A stretch of DNA of 63,944 bases, the filler included, from Octopus bimaculoides (lineage: Eukaryota), in the NCBI RefSeq assembly GCF_001194135.2. It is 7 parts of 6 records of this genome, joined end to end, with 100 filler letters (N's around TTAATTAATTAA, not from the genome) between each part and the next. Parts side by side here need not be neighbours in the genome. Positions count along the whole stretch, not along the records: positions 1 to 15,550 come from NC_068997.1; positions 15,651 to 19,499 come from NC_069010.1; positions 19,600 to 26,111 come from NC_068984.1; 4 more parts are not named here. The stretch is one strand, 5' to 3'. Positions 13,602 through 26,211 of this stretch are shown one piece after another. The translations under genes were made by a program, and so were the position numbers. Position 1 is the stretch's first letter. Each line of letters starts with the position of its first letter. The notes under the pieces were generated by a model. That model was not told where the DNA came from and did not search any database. It was given only the letters and a program-made list of their open reading frames with translations.

Positions 13602-13970
13602 ATTACCTTCGCCATAGAGAAGACGGAAGGTATTGTTTTCAGTCGTGTTTGTTTGTTTGCTGTGGACAAGATATCTCAAGAACTGCTGGACGGATTCGGA
13701 TGAAACTTTCAGGGATGTTTGGCTTTGTGACTGGCATGAACTGATTGGATTTTTTGATCGCTCCGGTACCGGACAAGGATTCTAGATTATTTTCCCTGTT
13801 TTTTTTTTTTTTACTTACATTTTTGAGAGCGATTGGGTTCATTATTAGTATTCTCGTTTGTGAGTGCAGTCGAGTTTATTTACGATATTCTCATTTTGAA
13901 AACCATCTCTGGCTAATGTTTGAGAGGACGTTGGTGTTGCCTTGATGGAGGTTTGCGCTCTCATAGTCGT
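13602..13970 (+). mobile_element. Helentron-associated non-autonomous element (HINE/DINE-1-like)
   Basis: 5' ATTACCTTCGCC...CGGAAGGTA hairpin, (GTTT)n, GGATGAAACTTTCAGG core, and 3' CCTTGATGGAGGTTTGCGCTCTC subterminal repeat. Confidence 0.65.
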
Positions 13971-14296
13971 TGCACGGTGAGCGCACGTGTTTATGCGAAC
14001 ATTCAGTTATGTCAAAGGAACGGGAGGGTAATGCTCAATATATTTTGTAGAGCTTATGCTATATCAAAACACTTATCTTGTGACTTAAGTTATAAACTAT
14101 TGAGATTTATATGTCATGGCTATAAGCAGCGTTCAGCTTCAATTGTGTGCGCATGTGCGTGTGAGTCTGCGTGTTAGAAAGAAAGTGAGAGAAAGAAAGT
14201 AAGAGAGTGCGCGTGTGTGCATGTGTGCACGTGTTAGTGCAAATGAAAACGTTGACATAGGCAATTGCAGATATGTCCATATAAATAATCAGAAAT

Positions 14297-14374
<78 letters not shown>

Positions 14375-14779
14375 GAAACATACATAGGAAGGTATATATA
14401 TATTCATATATTAACAAATATATGAATATCCCTACACACAACAGCATGTACACATTCAAACCATTATGTGTTTAATACAATTGCGTTTACGTAGTTATTT
14501 ACTTTATTGACATAACTATTTATCTTACTATTTACATCCAATATGCACAGCAACACCTACTCTTCCATAGAAGGAAAGTCTTAATTATATTTCTACACAC
14601 ACACATATATAAATACATTAATACGTTTAGATATGATATATGCCTCTGTCTGCTAATAAATTATTCAATTAAGTAATTATATATCAAACACAGAAACTCC
14701 TATATACACGCTTATGTATTTTAATGTTTATATATATTTGTGAATGTGTGTGCCTATGTGTATATGTGTGACATACACA

Positions 14780-14819
<40 letters not shown>

Positions 14820-15471
14820 GAACACACATACATATCAAACACTGCATATTTTCCAATTTCATATATTTATATAAATTTAGAAGATAATAGATTTAGTAGT
14901 TTGTCGAGTTCAAATATTAATTTCCCAAGATGCATGTCAACATTTCAGCATCACGTGACCTTACTTTCAGAATTTAGAGCGTGAGGTAATGCTGCCGTTA
15001 CGAGAAAGAGTATGTGAGAAAGGGAGATTATGAAGATTGCGAGGATAATGGAGAAAGAAGGCGAGTGAACAATGTGTAGAAGAGAGAGGGAGAAAGGGAA
15101 GGAGAGATAGAAAGAGAAAGAGAGAAAAAGAGATTTGTTCTCTATCTCTGGTGAACAATAAAATTCTGCGTAAGGAAGTACCATCATTAAATTACACAAA
15201 CATACACACACACACACACACACACGTATATATATGCGCAAGCAATTGCCTTCTCTTTAACACAAAGTCATACATACGCGCTCACATGCACGCCCACGCC
15301 CACACACATAGACTAAGACACAAATACAGGCAGCCAAACACACGCACCGACACAAAATGCCCCATATACACAGAACTAAGGAGGCGCATAGTCGCATCCC
15401 CGAGCGATATTAAAGCGAACTAATGTTTACAATGAACGAAAGTATATACATGTGTATGTCTATACACCCCT

Positions 15472-15550
<79 letters not shown>

Positions 15551-15650
15551 NNNNNNNNNNNNNNNNNNNNNNNNNNNNNNNNNNNNNNNNNNNNTTAATT
15601 AATTAANNNNNNNNNNNNNNNNNNNNNNNNNNNNNNNNNNNNNNNNNNNN
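15551..15650. other. artificial scaffold-join spacer
   Basis: 44 N + TTAATTAATTAA (stops in all six frames) + 44 N. Confidence 0.97.
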
Positions 15651-15844
15651 TTGTCCCCCCAACATCGCTTGACAACCGATGCTGGTGTGTTTATGTCCCC
15701 GTAACTTAGCGGTTCGGCAAATAAGACCGATAGAATAAATACTAGGCTTACAAAGAATAATTCCCGGGGTCGATTTGCTCGACTAAAGGTGTTGCTCCAA
15801 CATGGCCGCAGTCAAATGACTGAAACAAGTAAAAGAGTAAAAGA
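15651..15844 (+). mobile_element. SINE family A, 3' half
   Basis: Same body and tail as 6331. Confidence 0.9.
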
Positions 15845-16057
15845 ATCCATCCGCGTGTGTGTGTGTGGGTGTCACCAAACCCTCAGCTGTTTCCAAGCAA
15901 TATAATATTTTCCTAAGGTGCGACTTGTTTTCACAGAAGATTGGAAATGAATAACATTACTTGAATGTGGATGACAATTGCTTACAACCATCATGGGATG
16001 ACAGAACAAATATAAACAAACACACCCACCCATATATACATAAATATACACATACAG

Positions 16058-16089
<32 letters not shown>

Positions 16090-16304
16090 TGACATATATA
16101 CACACACACACAGACACATATATACACACACACAGACATATATATACACACACAGACATATATACACACACACACATAGATATATATATACACACACACA
16201 CAGACATATATATATACACACACACACATAGACATATATACACACACATAGACATATATACACACATATATATATAATTATATATATATATGTGTGTGTG
16301 TGTG

Positions 16305-16357
<53 letters not shown>

Positions 16358-17267
16358 NNNNNNNNNNNNNNNNNNNNNNNNNNNNNNNNNNNNNNNNNNN
16401 NNNNNNNNNNNNNNNNNNNNNNNNNNNNNNNNNNNNNNNNNNNNNNNNNNNNNNNNNNNNNNNNNNNNNNNNNNNNNNNNNNNNNNNNNNNNNNNNNNNN
16501 NNNNNNNNNNNNNNNNNNNNNNNNNNNNNNNNNNNNNNNNNNNNNNNNNNNNNNNNNNNNNNNNNNNNNNNNNNNNNNNNNNNNNNNNNNNNNNNNNNNN
16601 NNNNNNNNNNNNNNNNNNNNNNNNNNNNNNNNNNNNNNNNNNNNNNNNNNNNNNNNNNNNNNNNNNNNNNNNNNNNNNNNNNNNNNNNNNNNNNNNNNNN
16701 NNNNNNNNNNNNNNNNNNNNNNNNNNNNNNNNNNNNNNNNNNNNNNNNNNNNNNNNNNNNNNNNNNNNNNNNNNNNNNNNNNNNNNNNNNNNNNNNNNNN
16801 NNNNNNNNNNNNNNNNNNNNNNNNNNNNNNNNNNNNNNNNNNNNNNNNNNNNNNNNNNNNNNNNNNNNNNNNNNNNNNNNNNNNNNNNNNNNNNNNNNNN
16901 NNNNNNNNNNNNNNNNNNNNNNNNNNNNNNNNNNNNNNNNNNNNNNNNNNNNNNNNNNNNNNNNNNNNNNNNNNNNNNNNNNNNNNNNNNNNNNNNNNNN
17001 NNNNNNNNNNNNNNNNNNNNNNNNNNNNNNNNNNNNNNNNNNNNNNNNNNNNNNNNNNNNNNNNNNNNNNNNNNNNNNNNNNNNNNNNNNNNNNNNNNNN
17101 NNNNNNNNNNNNNNNNNNNNNNNNNNNNNNNNNNNNNNNNNNNNNNNNNNNNNNNNNNNNNNNNNNNNNNNNNNNNNNNNNNNNNNNNNNNNNNNNNNNN
17201 NNNNNNNNNNNNNNNNNNNNNNNNNNNNNNNNNNNNNNNNNNNNNNNNNNNNNNNNNNNNNNNNNNN

Positions 17268-17330
<63 letters not shown>

Positions 17331-17384
17331 TATATATACACACACATATATATATACACACATGTATATACACACACACATGTC

Positions 17385-17600
17385 TATGTATCTGTCTATA
17401 TGTCCATCCATCTATCTATCTGTCTATCTATCAATCTATCTGTCTGTCATGTCTATCTACCTATATCTATTTATCTATCTGTCTATCTACCTATATCTAT
17501 CTATCTATCTGTTTATCCATATATCTATCCATCCATCCATCTATCTGTCTCTGTCCATCCATCCATCCATCCATCCATCCACCTATCTATCTATCTCCTT
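17385..17600. repeat. compound (ATCT)n/(ATCC)n microsatellite
   Basis: Tetranucleotide tracts. Confidence 0.9.
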
Positions 17601-17995
17601 GGCGCCCAGTCCTACACAACCAGGCATTTTTAAATTTGTTTTCCGGCAACGCAACACCTGCCCCTACATTAACAACACTACAACCGTCACTGATATCAAG
17701 TCACAGTATCGTATTACCTAAAAATTTCTGTTGCACATCGTCTAACCTTATGTATATTGTATCATATTCACACTGTGTGACACACTTTATATCGGAGAAA
17801 CAGATTGATGCTTTGCCAATCATTGTCAGGTCACAGTGCTGCCACTGTTCTACGCATGACAAAGAGACCAGAGACCAGTGACCACAGCCAACTACAAAAG
17901 CATCTAGCATAGCATCCCAACGACTGGCTGCATCAGTTAAGAGAACTTGGATGACGACGATGATATCATTTAATATCACATAATATCTGTCTTTG

Positions 17996-18223
17996 TGGCC
18001 GTTGCCAGTACCGCCTGACTGGCCTTTGTGCGGGTGACACGTAAAAGCACCCACTACACTCTCTGAGTGGTTGGCGTTAGGAAGGGCATCCAGCTGTAGA
18101 AACTCTGCCAAATTTAGATTGGAGCCTGGTGCAGCCATCTGGTTTCACCAGTCCTCAGTCAAATCATCCAACCCATGCTAGCATGGAAAGCGGACGTTAA
18201 ACGATGATGATGATGATGATGAT
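17996..18223 (+). mobile_element. retroposon family D with (GAT)n tail
   Basis: GTGGTTGGCGTTAGGAAGGGCATCCAGCTGTAGAAACT...GGAAAGCGGACGTTAAACGATGATGAT; copies at 47289 and 54983 (inverted). Confidence 0.85.
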
Positions 18224-19186
18224 CCGTCTTCCGTGCTAACCATAGTCCGTAACGTTCAAAAGGACTAAGTCATAGAATGACACTAGATTCTAACGTCTGC
18301 TTCAGCATGGTTTCTATGGCCAGATATCCTTCCTAACAGCAACCACTTTACATACAGACCAAACTGGCAGCGCTGTTAGACATGATTCTGGGAGCAGAGG
18401 ATGTGAGCACACCCTCTAGAATTTTTGTGGGGGGCAAAAATCAAAAATTTGCACTCCTACTTACTTTTCTGAAAAATGTTCTTTAAAAAATAGCTCAAAG
18501 TCAAGTTTCTTCATGAAAATCAAAAATAGATAATAAAAAAAAAATTTTTTAAAAAAAGGCAAGACTTTGTAAAACTTTTGGGGTCTGGCTTTGCACTCGC
18601 TCCGCAAATTTCATTCCCAGCCCAGTGCTGTTTGACCATCAACCAGAGTGCTTCGCAGTATCTATTTCCTGTGTTCTGTGCTCGAGTTCAGATCCTAGCA
18701 GGGTCAATTTTTACCTTCACAAAAGTATCAGTCCAAGGTGGTTGATTGGAAGAGCTGCAAGACTGAATGCCTTTTGGTATTTCTTCTAGCCCTTCATGTT
18801 CAAAGCCCAAGTCCTGTCATGGCCCACATGAGTAGTGGACTTAAGCTGGTACCCAGTTTAACACCACCTTCTCCCAAGCATTCAGACTAAGTCCTTCGTT
18901 TGGGGACATCTTCACCAACTCCCTTCTCACAACCTCTCCAACGCATCTCTATAATGAGTCACCTGACCAAAACTTATCCCCATTACCATTTTAATCTTTA
19001 GCATGCTGAAGGTGAACCATGTTGCCTGCAGCTACAAGGAAGAAAACTCTTACAGTGACATAATGCACCTTCTGCGTGCTAAAGGTTAACATCCATTCTC
19101 ATATGCATGGACAGAATTTAATGAGGCAAATTTTCTACAGCCAGATGCCCTTCCTGTCGCCACTCCTTACCTGTTTCCAGCACTGC

Positions 19187-19358
19187 CTTTAGTTGAGAAA
19201 ATCAACCCCAGGACTTATTCTTTGTAAGCCTAGTACTTAATCTATCAGTCTCTTGCCAAACCGCTAAGTTACGGGGACGCAAACACACCAAGAATAATTG
19301 TCAAGCGATGGTGGGGGGAAAAACACACACACATATATGACTGGCTTCTTTCAGTTTC
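19187..19358 (-). mobile_element. SINE family A, partial
   Basis: Reverse complement of the family A body. Confidence 0.8.
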
Positions 19359-19380
19359 TGATGATGAGGAGGAGGTGGAA

Positions 19381-19418
<38 letters not shown>

Positions 19419-19499
19419 ATAAGGGCATTACTATATAGTAATGCCACACGCTTAGAGGGACTAAATAAGTCAAAACTACCAAAAAATAAGCACATATTT

Positions 19500-19599
19500 N
19501 NNNNNNNNNNNNNNNNNNNNNNNNNNNNNNNNNNNNNNNNNNNTTAATTAATTAANNNNNNNNNNNNNNNNNNNNNNNNNNNNNNNNNNNNNNNNNNNN
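19500..19599. other. artificial scaffold-join spacer
   Basis: 44 N + TTAATTAATTAA + 44 N. Confidence 0.97.
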
Positions 19600-19611
19600 T
19601 TTATGGATAGA

Positions 19612-19660
19612 GTCTTACAGCTGTTTCTGGGAAGATCCAGTACTTCCCTTCATCGGAGAC
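19612..19660 (-). ncRNA. minimal type I hammerhead-like motif with a core point change
   Basis: Minus strand: GTCT-CCGATGA-A-GGGAAG-tactggat-CTTCCC-A-GAAAC-AGCT-GTA-AGAC. Stems I and II are perfect, ACAGCTGT is palindromic, triplet is GUA, and CUGA is changed to CCGA. Confidence 0.65.
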
Positions 19661-20387
19661 AGAAAAAATAAAGTAATCTATTATTATATCCATAGGCGGA
19701 TATTTTTAGTATGAAGTGGTAAAGAGTGTGATGTGCCGAAAAAAGAGAGAACAGTACTTGAAGTGTAGTTTCATTCCAGTGGTGGATATCCGTGTAGAAA
19801 TCTGTGCAAAGTAATCCTTGTGTGGATAATCCGGAAATTTATGTTGTAGCGAAAGTTGATATAGCATAGATAGCAGAGGTACATATATTCCATATTACGA
19901 TGGATTTTTGCTTGTTTACTTGAAGAATGGCCAAGTCAAGTGAAAAGTGAGCGGTAATTAGGTCAAGTCATGAAGACAGAATGTGAAAGGGGATAGAGGA
20001 GAGATAGAGGCGGAGGATGGTAGAGATATATTTATGGTCAGTAGGTCTTAACAGGGTAGAGGGGATGAGCATATAGCGGTTTATGTTGTCGCGAGCAAAT
20101 ATAACCACTCTGTTAAACTCCTAAGTATTGTCCAAGGTGAACATCTTTAATAGGATAGCCAGCTTGAGTGCCAACTTGAGTGTGGGCTACACCAGCACCC
20201 AGTTGATACTCATAAACTGAAATGAAGTGCCTTACTCAAGGATACAACGTACTGCCCAATCCAAGAAGTGAACCTACGATTTTATGATCGTAAGACAAAC
20301 ATCCTAACCTCTTAGGCCATACAAAAGATTATCTAAATAGATATATATTATACTGTGTAACTCAACCTCACATTACCTTTATTCCTG

Positions 20388-20438
<51 letters not shown>

Positions 20439-21199
20439 ATAGTATATTTAAAAATTCTGGTAATTACAGAATCTATATTTGTAGACATTATAATAATTAC
20501 CTAACTGAAATTGCTACTGACGATAATTAATGTTTCATACGTTTAATTCTCATCTGTGCAACGGAAAAAGAAAATCGTGCACACTGGTCTACTATTTATA
20601 ATAGCTTGAGCTACGATTAATTTTCATAGCAAAGACGGAACTATGCGCCGACGGAACGAAATGAATCGAACAGTATAAACTCGTATTTTGTACTTAAGAT
20701 TTCCGATATCCTTCATAGTAAATAGCTGGTAATGACTATCGCTACGGAGTACTCAATGGTGGCGGTAGCGGCGTTGGTGGTAGTAGCAGTAGTGGTGGCA
20801 GTTAAATATTACTCTAGTTCAAATTATTAAATACGTTGAATATTTTATGTTTTAAGTAATATATGAAAGCAATCTTACTCTGAGAATGCTCGATGTTGCT
20901 ATACGAGAGACACAATAGAGCAATGGAAATATATGAGTAGTTATACACAAAAGAAAAGAATACAATGCAACGCATGGTTCAGGGATTTCGAACACAAAGC
21001 CATATGATCGTGAGCGCAATACCCTAACTACCAGGACACGGGCCTAAACAAAACACCAACACCCACACACATATGTATGTATGAATGTATGTTTGTGTTT
21101 ATGTGAGTGTGTGTGTGTGTTTGAGTATACTATAAATAATAATTTAAATTTGGGTATATACCGTATAGTATGCAGTTTCTTTCTCTCGTAGTTCAATAT

Positions 21200-22017
21200 A
21201 TATATATTGTAGTGAACAAAAATAAAAAATAAAAATATTTACATTCCTACTTCACTTTTCCGAGTGGGATTTTTACTGTGTACAGTCCATTATTTGAAAT
21301 AAATTGTGTAGGAAGTGACTAATAACGAAATATTTTATAATAAAAAATGAATGATTATTTGAAAAATACAAGATGGACAACATTAGAGAAAGTATGACGT
21401 AAAATTCAAGAAATCAAAATTTTACCAGAATTTTTTATACAATCGACATCAATATATTAATAAAATGTGTTCTATCCTTTATTTCTAATAACTTCAACAC
21501 ATCTCCCTCCATTTCTCATAGTGTTCCGACGTAATTTTATTTCATTCTTCCTGAAGTTTTTCCCACATTTGCAGGGCAGTACTCTCTGATCTTATCACCA
21601 AGTATCTTTCATAAATTTTCAGTGGGATTAAGGTCAGGGCTCTGAGCTGACTACTGGATCACAGTAAAGTTTTCAGCTTCAAACACCTCTTTAACTATTT
21701 TGGCACTGTGACATGGCGCATTATCCACCATTAAGATTGGTTGACGAGTTGGAGATGGCCTCATAGCTGGCACAACATGCTATAGAATGATGTTTTTGTA
21801 TATGGTTACTTTCACATTACCATGGATCCGGATCAATGGCCCAACACGTGCTGCAGAGATCATTCTCCATACCATTAAGCCTCCACCGCCGAACTTCACT
21901 GATTTCTTCATGCATTTAGACAGCAATCTTTCACTTTTACGATGTCTCAAGTATTGTCTACCATCGGACCCAACTAAATTGAACTTGCTTTCGTCACTGA
22001 AGAACACATGCGACCAG
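21200..22017 (-). mobile_element. Tc1-family (DD34E) transposase pseudogene
   Basis: WSHVFFSDESKFNL...MVW...DNAPCH(34 aa)NPTENL with three in-frame stops. The 5' part is lost at a gap and the left boundary is approximate. Confidence 0.9.
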
Positions 22018-22027
22018 NNNNNNNNNN

Positions 22028-22077
<50 letters not shown>

Positions 22078-22685
22078 GTGTGTGTATGGGTATATATATA
22101 TATGTATGTGTGTATATGTATATATGTATATGTGTATATGTATATATGTATATATATATGCATATATATATATGTATATATGTGTGTGTGTGTTCTTTGT
22201 ATGACTTGAAACTACATCCGGTTGTGGGACCCTGGCATGGGAGCATCGGGGTTTTCAGGAGTGTGGAATCACTTTTTAGCCATTATTGTTCCCAAGTCTA
22301 ATTAGAGCCAGACAAGTAGCATCTGCCGGGGTCTCAGTTTTGGGTTAAATACCAAATGAAGCACTGGGTGTGAAGAACCCCTAGTTCTCAGTAAGAAGTC
22401 TTTTTAGGACAAGATAAACTCGTACAGAAAACTTGGAGTGCATTCGGCTTCTGATTGTTTCGACCTTTGTTGTACCACTGGTTATATAGCTGATTGTGCC
22501 GGAAAGTGGATTCAGTGCTGTGCGACACTTCATCCACTCAAAACAAATTAACGCACAGGAACTTTTTTGACTCTTTGAACTTGTGAATTCAGGACCAGGC
22601 CTTACTCAGTCATGAGTTGACTTCCACCACATTTATATATTTGTATGAATACATGTACGTATGTATATATGTGTGTGTATGTGTC

Positions 22686-22735
<50 letters not shown>

Positions 22736-24648
22736 NNNNNNNNNNNNNNNNNNNNNNNNNNNNNNNNNNNNNNNNNNNNNNNNNNNNNNNNNNNNNNNNN
22801 NNNNNNNNNNNNNNNNNNNNNNNNNNNNNNNNNNNNNNNNNNNNNNNNNNNNNNNNNNNNNNNNNNNNNNNNNNNNNNNNNNNNNNNNNNNNNNNNNNNN
22901 NNNNNNNNNNNNNNNNNNNNNNNNNNNNNNNNNNNNNNNNNNNNNNNNNNNNNNNNNNNNNNNNNNNNNNNNNNNNNNNNNNNNNNNNNNNNNNNNNNNN
23001 NNNNNNNNNNNNNNNNNNNNNNNNNNNNNNNNNNNNNNNNNNNNNNNNNNNNNNNNNNNNNNNNNNNNNNNNNNNNNNNNNNNNNNNNNNNNNNNNNNNN
23101 NNNNNNNNNNNNNNNNNNNNNNNNNNNNNNNNNGGTATTTCGAGAGGGTTTCTTTTATTTTTGTATGTCACTCCAACCAAATGTGTTTAATGCTACTTTG
23201 TTTTTTCTTCAAACACGCGCGCCCTCACGCGTGTGAATATGTGTGAATGTGTGTGTGTGTGTGTGTGCTTGTGTGCATACATGTATGTGTGTGTGTGTGT
23301 CATTGTTCTTAGCAGCTCTATGACCCTCCCTTCAGCCCCGTTCCCTCCCTGTTGCCGCTCCTGCTGCCCTTGAATCCAACTTTTGGTATCGTTCCTGTGT
23401 CTTTCTGTGTTTGTGTATTCACCCACGCTGCTGGTTGTTGCTGCCGTTATTGTTACTGCTGTTGCTGTTGTCGTTATTAGTCGCGTTGTTGATATTGTTG
23501 CGGCCGTCCGTGAAGTTACTGTATGTGTGTTTGTGTGTGTATATAGGTTCGCTTCCCATGTTGTTTGTCTCCGTGCCCTTCATACAGTTTTTAAAATTTT
23601 CATTATCAATCTTTATTTCTTATGTATCATAGGTATGTGCATATTTGTCTATTGTGGGTGTATTACAATGTTGGTATCTGTTTTTTTCTCCCTTCTGTCT
23701 TTTGTCGTCATGTTGTGCGGTGTGGTTTTGGGTGTTATGGTATTGTATGTAGGAGGGACAGTGCAGAAACAAGACAACTACTAATATAGACGTGTTATGA
23801 AAGACATTTCAAATTGTTAGAACAATTCCAATAAAGATGCCTTCATCGCATTTTAAACGTGAGGTCTTTCTAATTTTCTCTCACTAGCCCGCTTTCAGCC
23901 ATGTGNNNNNNNNNNNNNNNNNNNNNNNNNNNNNNNNNNNNNNNNNNNNNNNNNNNNNNNNNNNNNNNNNNNNNNNNNNNNNNNNNNNNNNNNNNNNNNN
24001 NNNNNTAATTCCTCCTTTTCCTACTCGTTTATCTCTCTTTTACCTTTCTCTGCGTCTCTTTGATTTCCTCTCTTACTCGTTCTTCCTCTAACCCTTCAAA
24101 TCCTTCTGCCCCCTACATCTCTGTTTTCTTTCCCCGTGACCGGTGTTCGGCCAGGTATGATGTTTTTTTCTTGACGCGACTGCCGACCGCAAAGCATCTC
24201 TTATTTTCCTGTCTCTTGACTTTCATCTCTTATGTTCATCTTCTATGTTCCTGCCTCAAGGCTTTCACTCTGCATACACCAGCTCAACTTGATTCGTCTT
24301 TGTTAGTCGAAAGACACGTGTTGTTCTCTTGTTGTTTGCATTTGTAATTGTGCAACATGTTCTCTGTTTTTTGTCTTTGTTATTGTACACATTCGCTTGC
24401 TTTCTCCCAAAACGTTTAATGCTCTTAGCTTAGATTTTTGGGGGCAACCAGATTTGAACAATCTCAAGTTTAACTGCCCAAAACTGTAAGGATAATCTGG
24501 CAACTTGACTGACGAGAGGAGGCCGCGAATGACCCGTCCATGTTTTTACTGTCCGTCGTTTTTTTCCTCTCCGCCTTTGCATCGGCTAACTGTCTGGATG
24601 TTTTATTGTCGACTATTGCGTTCTTGTTCCATTGTTTTTTTATTTAAA

Positions 24649-24691
<43 letters not shown>

Positions 24692-24724
24692 GTGTGTGTG
24701 TGTGTGTAGATAGATAGATAGATA

Positions 24725-24944
24725 CAGTAATCCCTCGACTATCACGGTTGTTACGTTCTAAACCCCACCGCGATAGGTGAAAATCCGTGAAGTAGAAACA
24801 GTACTGTACTGTATATTTTACAATTTTTTTGTAATTAGCATATATTTATTCTATTACAAATGAAAAACAACACCATGGTGGAATCAACGTAAGCTTAAAT
24901 AATAAACCGCAATAGGTGAGCCGCGATAAGGCGAGGGATTACTA
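24725..24944. mobile_element. Tigger/pogo-like MITE
   Basis: TA|CAGTAATCCCTCGACTATCACGG ... CCGCGATAAGGCGAGGGATTACT; about 24-bp imperfect TIRs. Confidence 0.8.
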
Positions 24945-25018
<74 letters not shown>

Positions 25019-25718
25019 TAATACAATCTCAAGGTATTTTTCTCTTGGTCTCTGAGGTTATTATAAAATCTATAAAGAGAAGTAAATGTACTGTAACAAA
25101 CAAATGGTACGGGATGCAGCCCTGGCGGTGTGGTCGCATATTGTGGTAAAGGAAGGGAGTTAATCTCCTACCTACATTTCTCTCACTATTCGCCGCAGAT
25201 ATTTGAGATCTTAAGATCAGAAATAATATTCAAAAACAGAAGAGTCGTTTATCCCAGATGACTCCAACACCGCTAGCTGGAAAAGTTAATTACTAATCAA
25301 GCTGCAATATTTATTAGCCTTATTGCTTTATGCTCTCATGTGCGCCGACGAAACATTGAAGGCGCTGTCGGCAATACACGATCTGGCAAATGAGAAAAAC
25401 TAGTCTGTGGTTAACCCATATACGAGGTAAACTCTTCCCTCAGTTTAACTCACTCTTGGAAACACCAGAGAAAGGGCTGTAGCGCTGTTTTGTCTCCTCT
25501 GAGTAAACCATAAAATACCAAATTGGAGCAATCCACATTAGGTATCGTGAAATTATACATTGCTGTTATGTTATGCGGTGTTCATGTCCTTTTAGGTCCT
25601 GTTTTCAAACCCCGCTAAGGTCAAGAGTCGATGAAATAGTAAGCGATCCTATAGCGTTGATTTAATAGCCACAACACACACCATTAGCACTAATATTCAT
25701 GTATCTATATTACATGCC

Positions 25719-26111
25719 ATTATTATTATTGTTATTATTATTATTGTTCAGTAGTTTTATTTTTATAACGTGCTTTCACTTCACTACCGAGTGCAGCTCT
25801 GTGTGCCTTAGGTATGTGCTGTGGTTTGCTGTGATGCTCTTATGGTTACTGTATTGAAAGTGTTTTGCGTAGGATGTGTGCAGTGCCCAGTAGTGCAATT
25901 TTCTGTATGTTATATATATTTCTAAGTCCTGGTGTTTTTGCTATGTATTTGTCTGAATATTTTTTTATTATACCTAAGGCACCTACTATGATAGGAATTG
26001 TTTCTGTTTTTAGATTCCACATTCGAGTTACCTCTATTTCCAGGTCTTTGTATTTTGAAAGTTTCTCCATTTCTTTTAGAGAAACGTTGTCATCTGCTGG
26101 TATTGATACAT
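25719..26111 (-). mobile_element. R4/Dong-clade non-LTR 3' end (RLE C-terminus, 3' UTR, (AAT)n tail)
   Basis: ORF 25846-26070 reads EKLSKYKDLEIEVTRMW...IPIIVGALG...IQKIALLGTAHILRKTL, followed by a short UTR and TAA repeats; cut by a spacer. Confidence 0.88.
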
Positions 26112-26211
26112 NNNNNNNNNNNNNNNNNNNNNNNNNNNNNNNNNNNNNNNNNNNNTTAATTAATTAANNNNNNNNNNNNNNNNNNNNNNNNNNNNNNNNN
26201 NNNNNNNNNNN
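26112..26211. other. artificial scaffold-join spacer
   Basis: 44 N + TTAATTAATTAA + 44 N. Confidence 0.97.

Noticed and set aside
18368-18630. Possible hAT-like MITE (CAGCGCTG...CAGTGCTG)
   Set aside because: Terminal similarity is only about 8 bp and no TSD was found.
18880-19010. Possible RTE ORF2 C-terminal remnant on the minus strand (GEVVRRELVKM...AWEKVVL)
   Set aside because: Too short and degenerate to call without alignment.
22190-22620. Sequence beyond the gap as the Tc1 N-terminus or a CCHC region
   Set aside because: No HTH or transposase motif in any frame inspected.
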